64,000 bases of DNA from Tubiluchus corallicola. Taxonomy: Eukaryota; Animalia; Priapulida. Below are positions 62,101-64,000 of the stretch, piece after piece. Both the position numbers and the translations under genes were made by a program. The stretch is from positions 434,001 through 498,000 of the forward strand of contig JAQGDQ010000085.1 in the NCBI GenBank assembly GCA_030141605.1, given 5' to 3'. Every line of letters begins with the position of its first letter. Within the stretch, counting starts at the first letter, position 1. Under the pieces are notes generated by a model. That model saw nothing but the letters and a program-made list of their open reading frames with translations, made no database searches and was not told where the DNA came from.

Positions 62101-63997
62101 AATTAACTGTAGTTCAACTTGTGCTTGCCTGAATTTGAAATTGGATTTATGATCTTAATGCACTCTATATGTCTATATGCTTTTCTACCTTTTGTTTCGT
62201 TTCCTGTCTTCCGTCTTGAAAACTTCAATTCTTATATAAGTTCATCTGCCCTGGTTAGATTAATGCTATTGTAAGAAATTTTTGTATTAACGTAAGGGTC
62301 ATTCTGTAAAGCCCTTATATAGAAACTGCGAGCAAAAGCAGATTAACGCGTGGCAATGTCTGCGTGGCATAAAGTCAGAAATGATGTAATCTTACGAAAC
62401 CAGATAAAACAAAAATAGAAAAGATTTGCTATGGGAAGACACTTGCTGGCATCATTTAATTAGTGTAGTCATATAAGGAATTACACATACACTATGCTGT
62501 TACATATAAACTTAAATATTATAGAACTCCAGATTTTGGGGCCCCCAAAATTTTGCACCCTAGGCAGCTGCCTAGTTTGTCTAGTGGTAGAGCCCTGCCC
62601 TGTACATGATACAATATTCACAAGAAAAAAGCAAAAGCAAAGATCGGGTTCACAAAATCTACAATAGGTACCCAATGTTATCAGAAGTTATTTTGAATTC
62701 ATGTTTTTATAATTATAATTATACCTCTTTTTTACCAAAGTCACCACCAGGATTCATTGTAGCCACAACTCTAAATCCATCGGCACCTATGATCTGCTCC
62801 ACCTCCTTCTGCCCATCCTCTCCGCAGCCCTTTTCAGCCAGGAGAAGTTTTCTCTCCGGTTCCAAAACACTGTTGAGTCGCTCCAAAACAGAATCATCTG
62901 CTAGCGAAATTTCATCCATCAGGAATAAAGCACCTTCCCTCATGGCACTGACCAAAGGTCCGTCGGCCCATTCGAATAACTTCTGGGAATCTTCCTAAAC
63001 ACATTTACGACCACTATTACTACACGATCACAGTCTTAAAAAAATGTTGCAAGTGGAACTTTAAAACAATAAGTGAAAAGCAAGAATGCATGAATAGAGA
63101 TCCAAATTTGCAAGCAAGACTGTGTTTATCACTTGACAGACAGACTTAATTCAGATCCCTTCCATACCAAAAACCAACATGCATGACCGTAGTTATCACC
63201 TGTATAACACTCGGTCCAGAGCGTGTGACTGACCTATGTGCAGGGTGCTCGGGACTAATTCTCACTTGACTGCGCCAAGCCCACTCCAGTTTACTCACAT
63301 AAGACTGAGCAGTTTCCTCTATTTTTCGCATGTTGGCTCCTATCGCTAAACCTTAATCTATCCCAGCTTTTTTAACTGCACCATTATCTAATCCCCTTCC
63401 TCAGATGTCATGCTGTAAGTTTCACGATTGTAGATATTATAGTTCTAGAGTTATCCAAGTATTCATTATCCGTTTGAGCTCTTATCTCAGGTCTTTAGAT
63501 AATCCACCTTTTTTAACCATACCATTCACTGATGTTCTACCCCAGGTGTTAACGAATTTGGTGACTCTAGTTATTGGTGGTTTTCAAGTTATTCGTTAGT
63601 ATTGTACGGTAGTTTTCAAATGACTCGGGTTACCAATGTCCTGTGCCCTTGACCTTTTGATTGAGGTCACTATTTAAAATATCACTGTCAAGGTTCCTAA
63701 TCTAGGTGTTCACCTTGCAACTTTCATCACTCTACTCCCTTGCATTTATGAATTAACATCATTGAAACTGGATGCCCTAACATACACAAGAACAACAATA
63801 ATAATAAATCAACCTATGGGTTCTCTTAGAACCATGATGCTTGTGAAAAATAAAAGCAGCTCACCTCAGCTCGATGTCTCACTGGCCGTAATCCTCCGAG
63901 AAAATCTGACGTTTCGGTGTGCAAATGACAGTTGACTGCGTAAAGTTTTCGATTAAAAACAGCTGCAAAATACTGGCAAATAGTTGTCTTGCCACAC
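401..63997 (-). CDS. MDN1: Midasin (MDN1/Rea1) AAA+ ATPase, partial multi-exon gene (49 exons in window; N-terminus/AAA1-3 and C-terminal MIDAS domain outside window)
   Basis: Successive midasin motifs: GCGKTT...NCHLHTETSDFLGG, FEWADGPLV..MREG..FLMDEISLADDSVLERLNSVLE, ATMNPGGDFGKKELSPALRNRF (AAA4); LLEGAPGVGKTS, LDELNLASQSVLEGLNACLDHRG, RKGLPRSFLNRF (AAA5); GPQSCGKTS, FEWVDS...LLVDNVN, AMDPKHGEISRAMRNRG (AAA6); linker; GGGIGEGEGVKDVSDQIE (start of acidic region). All exons GT-AG and phase-compatible; summed about 9710 nt. Confidence 0.97.
1176..1651 (-). CDS. MDN1: MDN1 exon (KGFCLP...GGGIGEGEGVKDVSDQIE)
   Basis: AG/GT flanks; hallmark motif preceding the D/E-rich region. Confidence 0.94.
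1778..1894 (-). CDS. MDN1: MDN1 exon (linker)
   Basis: AG/GT flanks; symmetric phase 1. Confidence 0.8.
2069..2097. repeat. (TA)n microsatellite
   Basis: Seen directly. Confidence 0.95.
2135..2609 (-). CDS. MDN1: MDN1 exon (linker)
   Basis: AG/GT flanks; matches ORF 2127..2636. Confidence 0.88.
2785..3178. mobile_element. hAT-like MITE
   Basis: Imperfect TIRs TAGCTGTGAGCATT...AATGCTCACTCCTA; repeated subterminal TTCGAA/CGAATC motifs; TSD decayed. Confidence 0.6.
3341..3541 (-). CDS. MDN1: MDN1 exon (ELGLSNIERCRGYSEHL)
   Basis: AG/GT flanks; conserved motif. Confidence 0.9.
3815..3920 (-). CDS. MDN1: MDN1 exon (WHGCSNYFYKCIAR...SPSK)
   Basis: AG/GT flanks; frame differs from ORF track 3811..4080. 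Confidence 0.87.
4083..4194 (-). CDS. MDN1: MDN1 exon (GLSYRKG)
   Basis: AG/GT flanks; phase 1 to 2. Confidence 0.87.
4322..4468 (-). CDS. MDN1: MDN1 exon (RKRRALAELFRYL)
   Basis: AG/GTAAGT flanks; conserved motif. Confidence 0.9.
5084..5243 (-). CDS. MDN1: MDN1 exon (LQRIPSLFSKMRKL...LDDFT)
   Basis: AG/GT flanks; phase 0 to 1. Confidence 0.85.
5365..5404 (-). ncRNA. Minimal type I hammerhead ribozyme motif (Penelope-like-element type)
   Basis: UUUUAG-CUGAUGA-U-ACCC AAAA GGGU-GAAA-GC-UC/CUGAAA; 6-bp stem I, 4-bp stem II, palindromic AGCU stem III; AATAAA overlaps the end of stem I. Confidence 0.6.
5781..5909 (-). CDS. MDN1: MDN1 exon (DVLAQPV)
   Basis: AG/GT flanks. Confidence 0.83.
6201..6305 (-). 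CDS. MDN1: MDN1 exon (DFVKIAKWSDINFWAMK)
   Basis: AG/GT flanks; conserved motif. Confidence 0.92.
6999..7148 (-). CDS. MDN1: MDN1 exon (LWNVHQYYSQF...PIEKEIK)
   Basis: AG/GT flanks. Confidence 0.9.
7625..7756 (-). CDS. MDN1: MDN1 exon (GSNLGDFQTRLQIL)
   Basis: AG/GT flanks; conserved motif. Confidence 0.9.
8620..8731 (-). CDS. MDN1: MDN1 exon (CWRSCLD...WWFHIY)
   Basis: AG/GT flanks; conserved motif. Confidence 0.9.
8947..9018 (+). repeat. 34-bp tandem duplication
   Basis: GTACCGAGTATGTCRCCAWGCACAAGTGAGATGT x2. Confidence 0.9.
9289..9479 (-). CDS. MDN1: MDN1 exon (GLELLLSKSQ...IIEWRKLEL)
   Basis: AG/GT flanks; conserved motif. Confidence 0.92.
9677..9906 (-). CDS. MDN1: MDN1 exon (YDIYHDPN...EFPDHPAL)
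   Basis: AG/GT flanks; conserved linker motif. Confidence 0.92.
10230..10512 (-). CDS. MDN1: MDN1 exon (linker)
   Basis: AG/GTAAGT flanks. Confidence 0.87.
10945..11032 (-). CDS. MDN1: MDN1 exon (EEKDFQNYFPSFD)
   Basis: AG/GT flanks; phase 2 to 0. Confidence 0.87.
11400..11690 (-). mobile_element. tRNA-derived SINE remnant
   Basis: Minus-strand A-box-like TGTAGCAGAATG and B-box-like GGTTCGATAC near 11625-11690; boundaries approximate. Confidence 0.4.
11925..12255. mobile_element. Decayed PIF/Harbinger-like MITE
   Basis: Ends CTAATCTGAACTCGTCTTAA; shares TAGTCTGAAC and ACTTGC motifs with the element at 39469-39702. Confidence 0.45.
12343..12513 (-). CDS. MDN1: MDN1 exon (WQQWKDDQKRKEKEEASLYR)
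   Basis: AG/GT flanks; conserved linker motif. Confidence 0.87.
13020..13207 (-). CDS. MDN1: MDN1 exon (linker)
   Basis: AG/GTAAGT flanks; phase 0 to 2. Confidence 0.8.
13714..14301 (-). CDS. MDN1: MDN1 exon (linker, 588 nt)
   Basis: AG/GT flanks; matches ORF 13627..14232. Confidence 0.9.
14642..15026 (-). CDS. MDN1: MDN1 exon (GHAWSLLGLLQ...PVDPAEK)
   Basis: AG/GT flanks; midasin linker DPA motif. Confidence 0.9.
15081..15341 (-). mobile_element. tRNA-derived SINE (MetaSINE-like core, LINE-like 3' tail)
   Basis: A box TATAGTTCAGTAG, B box GGGTTCAACTCC, then GTCATATCAAAGACTTAAAAAATGGTAC, 3' GGACCACCTTG...GGTGTTATCC and an (ATT)n/(ATTGTT)n tail. Confidence 0.7.
15496..15671 (-). CDS. MDN1: MDN1 exon (QLQHLSLFLWQN)
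   Basis: AG/GT flanks; phase 0 to 2. Confidence 0.82.
15925..16065 (-). CDS. MDN1: MDN1 exon (linker)
   Basis: AG/GT flanks; phase 0. Confidence 0.8.
16210..16398 (-). CDS. MDN1: MDN1 exon (VPLWPITDH)
   Basis: AG/GT flanks; phase 0. Confidence 0.8.
16838..16959 (-). CDS. MDN1: MDN1 exon (linker)
   Basis: AG/GT flanks; phase 1 to 0. Confidence 0.78.
17250..17398 (-). CDS. MDN1: MDN1 exon (linker)
   Basis: AG/GT flanks; phase 2 to 1. Confidence 0.78.
17552..17710 (-). CDS. MDN1: MDN1 exon (GSPLPFPS)
   Basis: AG/GT flanks; phase 2 to 2. Confidence 0.8.
17827..17950 (-). repeat. tRNA-like fragment with a 46-bp tandem duplication of its B-box half
   Basis: AGCTCAGCTGG A box; GGTTCAAATCCC B box duplicated (17827-17872, 17873-17918). 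Confidence 0.6.
18042..18349. mobile_element. Foldback MITE with about 33-bp TIRs and about 2.7 internal 85-bp hairpin repeats
   Basis: AACACTTTTGTCAGATTAGCTG...CAGCTAATTTGAGAAAAGTGTT; units start at 18074, 18159 and 18244. Confidence 0.75.
18451..18596 (-). CDS. MDN1: MDN1 exon (LRLHWDWF)
   Basis: AG/GT flanks; phase 0 to 2. Confidence 0.82.
18767..18903 (-). CDS. MDN1: MDN1 exon (LPHPVVNHL)
   Basis: AG/GT flanks; phase 1 to 0. Confidence 0.82.
19988..20145 (-). CDS. MDN1: MDN1 exon (contains KRRKKKK basic cluster)
   Basis: AG/GT flanks; phase 2 to 1. Confidence 0.8.
20593..20716 (-). CDS. MDN1: MDN1 exon (QPMDMRLN)
   Basis: AG/GTAAGT flanks; phase 1 to 2. Confidence 0.82.
20887..21061 (-). 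CDS. MDN1: MDN1 exon (linker)
   Basis: AG/GT flanks; phase 0 to 1. Confidence 0.82.
21601..21897 (-). CDS. MDN1: MDN1 exon (linker; GVWPYPLPS)
   Basis: AG/GTAAGT flanks; 297 nt open. Confidence 0.87.
22136..22405 (-). CDS. MDN1: MDN1 exon (linker)
   Basis: AG/GT flanks; 270 nt open. Confidence 0.85.
22913..23114 (-). CDS. MDN1: MDN1 exon (ASVLDRLNGLLE...ISRAMRNRG)
   Basis: AG/GT flanks; conserved motif. Confidence 0.95.
23479..24070. mobile_element. hAT MITE
   Basis: TIR TAGGGATGCAC...GTACATCTCTA; 8-bp TSD AAAACGAG/AAAAAGAG. Confidence 0.75.
24150..24312 (-). CDS. MDN1: MDN1 exon, AAA6 (FEWVDSILVKALENGDWLLVDNVNFC)
   Basis: AG/GT flanks; degenerate Walker B as typical of midasin AAA6. Confidence 0.93.
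24870..25135 (+). repeat. Degenerate (CTCAC)n low-complexity repeat
   Basis: C/T/A pentamer-like array; explains ORF 24858..25187. Confidence 0.7.
25537..25656 (-). CDS. MDN1: MDN1 exon (YDLSKTDRH...TFTFR)
   Basis: TTTCAG/GTTAGT flanks; symmetric phase 1; poorly conserved region. Confidence 0.7.
25899..26058 (-). CDS. MDN1: MDN1 exon (ADPNRYVEEL...)
   Basis: Acceptor of the 27-kb intron; open frame; phase 0 to 1. Confidence 0.85.
28622..28824 (+). mobile_element. tRNA-derived SINE
   Basis: A box GATGCCTAAGCGG, B box GGGTTCAATTTCC, (TATC)n tail. Confidence 0.6.
31324..32460 (-). mobile_element. CR1-like LINE 3' fragment interrupted by a second LINE fragment
   Basis: 31324-31454 and 32110-32460 are the two halves of the sequence that is contiguous at 41450-41790 (FSYRIVPMWN-LPASV; (TAAAC)n tail). 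Confidence 0.7.
31455..32109 (+). mobile_element. CR1/L2-group LINE 3' fragment (RT C-terminal region, frameshifted)
   Basis: RLFCLAVEIFK..N..GP..L...F...DLRS and LWKKLPDKIK motifs; AATAAA/(ACT)n end. Confidence 0.65.
33340..33510 (-). repeat. tRNA-like cassette, copy 1
   Basis: GGAATATTG-TAGCTTAGTGG...TCTGC AATGTTA GCAGA...GGTTTGAAT; homologous to the copies at 33660, 34580 and 40900. Confidence 0.6.
33660..33815 (-). repeat. tRNA-like cassette, copy 2 (degraded)
   Basis: Shares GTTTTGATACCAAACTTGAAAGA and CAGTCCAAAGTTCA flanks with the other copies. Confidence 0.5.
34578..34760 (-). repeat. tRNA-like cassette, copy 3 (best preserved; core 34623-34698)
   Basis: Cloverleaf-like fold, TGT in anticodon position, upstream TTTATAA, downstream T5. 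Confidence 0.65.
35785..36091 (+). repeat. Minisatellite, 20-bp unit (TAGAAGGTAYCTGATAGTGA) x about 15
   Basis: Exact 20-nt periodicity; explains ORFs 35741..36094 and 35784..36101. Confidence 0.95.
36198..36900 (+). repeat. Diverged tandem repeat, about 280-330-bp unit, about 2.3 copies
   Basis: CACAAAAATAACTG at 36198 and 36477, AAAAATAACT at about 36809; AAAAGAATCATATAAA and ATACTAAATT recur. Confidence 0.75.
38068..38584. mobile_element. Kolobok-like non-autonomous DNA transposon
   Basis: TTAA|AGGAAAGATCAA...TTGTACTTTCCT|TTAA. Confidence 0.75.
38758..39108 (+). mobile_element. MITE (AT TSD, AAGCCTTT(T)CA TIR; ISL2EU-like), copy A
   Basis: TIRs; homologous along its whole length to the inverted copy at 55949-56418. 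Confidence 0.75.
39469..39702. mobile_element. PIF/Harbinger (Tourist-like) MITE
   Basis: TAA|TGGCGCGTTCTGACTA...TAGTCTGAACGCGCCA|TAA; extended palindrome; explains ORFs 39482..39676 and 39565..39756. Confidence 0.85.
40380..40850 (-). mobile_element. CR1-like LINE 3' fragment
   Basis: Decayed YPERLK..L.SLKERR...MCYK, NHSLKL and VWNSLPSSV motifs; A-rich tail. Confidence 0.7.
40898..41060 (-). repeat. tRNA-like cassette, copy 4
   Basis: GGAATACAG...GTTGTAA GCAGA AGGCCCTTGG...CTGTGTTCC ATTTTT. Confidence 0.55.
41450..41790 (+). mobile_element. CR1-like LINE 3' fragment (same family as 31324-32460)
   Basis: FFSNRIFPIWN-LPASV; (TAAAC)n tail. Confidence 0.7.
44972..45814 (+). CDS. Uncharacterised low-complexity protein with C-terminal CaaX and adjacent Cys cluster (KRTCKCCKCSLV), nested antisense in MDN1 intron; start uncertain
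   Basis: 840-nt open frame in AT-rich DNA; S/T/P/A/E/K-rich; CSLV-stop; AATAAA signals at about 46001 and 46156. Confidence 0.7.
   Translation: MKVTLSLRLRHLKTSTKMNLLKSSEMLLNDSKEDSKSPKDTTSGAATALFNMPLYANNQSPAHTPETTKGETNRPFLSHTTASPKRKSKKMTSPSRKSAAGTANLTPADDPNASGVQTWPQKVLEYAMASGCLQTSAGSCLKRTFNMNGAKTASNTDIRDTSNQPPDQSNVIAETPAEPNYLQKFSIDKSPDESVRTEDGGAVQVSEDMADAAQRCSDAAKTLAVPIKSEANLKEPSSKSHSTVPSVPFSFDDVSSPAVEPSNIRTERKRTCKCCKCSLV
47098..47268 (+). repeat. Compound microsatellite (GA)n / purine tract / (GCT)n(ACT)n
   Basis: Seen directly; explains ORFs 47040..47327 and 47071..47337. Confidence 0.95.
47396..47604 (+). other. Putative 5'-UTR intron of the nested GPCR gene
   Basis: GTGAGT donor at 47396; pyrimidine tract TTTCTTTTTCAG ending at 47604 with CTAAA branch-like motifs upstream. 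Confidence 0.45.
48025..49170 (+). CDS. Orphan class A (rhodopsin-like) GPCR, single coding exon, nested antisense in MDN1 intron; some SREB (GPR27/85/173)-like features
   Basis: 381 aa with 7 hydrophobic segments; TM1 N (TANITV), TM2 D (TALD), Cys at TM3 top (EKC) and in ECL2 (GDC), TM4 W, TM6 FWSP, TM7 NSFVNP, helix 8 followed by CC; strong start context AAAATGG. Confidence 0.9.
   Translation: MVSIHFRCVYVFYIVYSSISTIRTSGKPETPKSTSSALSEIVLPAQNPVDSYVTKTEAGILLAIAAFSITANITVIFVIFVRKTLRKSSNGLIVHQTALDITKSVVVIPYCLGVLFNDKNMLEKCHMTGAIYIILITVTYLNLLSLVLNDAPTFPDTSITLLNSHQCVIFGVVMIWFTGVLINVVPTLIMEAPSFSENFGDCGFIFGPMKSYVLSVLWIGFNYFVIALTAYQIYKLNKDITTMANLEAIKVVSLVTTMLSVNSRTANTEHHRVRNYVRQLEQDAVLRLRTFSILLGCITLFWSPLFLLLLSDPELSRGKFFYKSCAFLACSNSFVNPIILLIFHNSIRNGAKNLFCCKQEPPTDDPEEQAERARNRRFDTD
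49642..50034. mobile_element. hAT MITE downstream of the GPCR
   Basis: CAGGGTCAGATTA...TAATCCAGCCTTC; 8-bp TSD CTCGTGGC/CTCGTGCC; GGCCC subterminal motifs. Confidence 0.75.
53111..53239 (-). CDS. MDN1: MDN1 exon, AAA6 Walker A (GPQSCGKT...LLGGFEQ)
   Basis: AG/GT flanks; donor of the 27-kb intron. Confidence 0.94.
54308..54619 (-). CDS. MDN1: MDN1 exon (YADRMRSVDDR...LESLMKCI)
   Basis: AG/GT flanks; phase 0. Confidence 0.92.
55292..55507 (-). CDS. MDN1: MDN1 exon (GSPWEFNLRDIFRW)
   Basis: AG/GT flanks; conserved midasin motif. Confidence 0.94.
55949..56418 (-). mobile_element. Same MITE family, copy B, with (TTATG)n expansion at 56314-56376
   Basis: AT|AGGCCTTTTCACAG...CTGTGAAAAGCCTT|AT. 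Confidence 0.75.
56443..56763 (-). CDS. MDN1: MDN1 exon, AAA5 Walker B (IVLDELNLA)
   Basis: AG/GT flanks; matches ORF 56437..56760. Confidence 0.96.
58180..58388 (-). CDS. MDN1: MDN1 exon, AAA5 Walker A (GAPGVGKT)
   Basis: AG/GT flanks; P-loop. Confidence 0.95.
59104..59304 (-). CDS. MDN1: MDN1 exon (...FGIEPFYIKS)
   Basis: AG/GT flanks; phase 1 to 1. Confidence 0.9.
59785..59939 (-). CDS. MDN1: MDN1 exon (FTISIRDILSWV...VFLDGLGS)
   Basis: AG/GT flanks; phase 2 to 1. Confidence 0.92.
60227..60859. mobile_element. hAT MITE
   Basis: TAGAG...CTCTA ends; perfect 8-bp TSD CTAATAAC; TCAGC/AGCCGA subterminal repeats. Confidence 0.85.
60922..61118 (-). CDS. MDN1: MDN1 exon (LSPALRNRFTEIW)
   Basis: AG/GT flanks; AAA4 Arg-finger region. 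Confidence 0.93.
61251..61673. mobile_element. hAT MITE
   Basis: TACGGATGTTAACGATA...TATCGTTTAACATCCCTA; many TATCG motifs; flanks TTCTCAA/TACTCAA. Confidence 0.75.
61993..62602. mobile_element. hAT MITE
   Basis: CAGGGCTAGCTCTA...TAGAGCCCTGCCCTG; GCCC subterminal motifs; TSD partly decayed. Confidence 0.65.
62725..62994 (-). CDS. MDN1: MDN1 exon, AAA4 Walker B (FLMDEISLA)
   Basis: AG/GT flanks; matches ORF 62719..62955. Confidence 0.95.
63140..63600 (-). mobile_element. Decayed LINE remnant (RTE-like C-terminal region)
   Basis: SKLEWAWRSQVRISPEHPAHRSV resembles the LRWxGHV.R....R...R motif; frameshifted. Confidence 0.4.
63865..63997 (-). CDS. MDN1: MDN1 exon, AAA4 Walker A (CGKTTICQ...DFLGGLRP)
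   Basis: AG/GT flanks; open frame; P-loop. Confidence 0.9.
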
Positions 63998-64000
63998 CTA

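Noticed and set aside
401-63997. U12-type or non-canonical introns in MDN1
   Set aside because: All traced introns are GT-AG, and none of the donors I read has the GTATCCTT signature

Overview
This is AT-rich, intron-rich animal genomic DNA, probably from an invertebrate. An internal part of the midasin gene (MDN1/Rea1, the giant AAA+ 60S maturation ATPase) runs across the whole window on the minus strand. I traced 49 GT-AG exons by hand (about 9.7 kb, about 3,240 codons, all phase-compatible), from the AAA4 Walker A through AAA5, AAA6 and the linker into the D/E-rich region; both gene ends lie outside the window. One intron inside AAA6 is about 27 kb (26059-53110) and holds two opposite-strand nested ORFs. 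The first is a 280-aa S/T/P/E/K-rich ORF ending in a CaaX plus palmitoylation motif (KRTCKCCKCSLV), preceded by about 14 kb of disrupted coding-like fragments. The second is a single-coding-exon orphan class A GPCR lacking both DRY and NPxxY. The introns also contain a candidate box C/D snoRNA (U15/snR13-like 28S guide), a minimal hammerhead ribozyme motif, a clustered family of tRNA-like cassettes, and many MITEs, SINEs, LINE remnants and tandem repeats. All calls come from manual reading; no searches were run.
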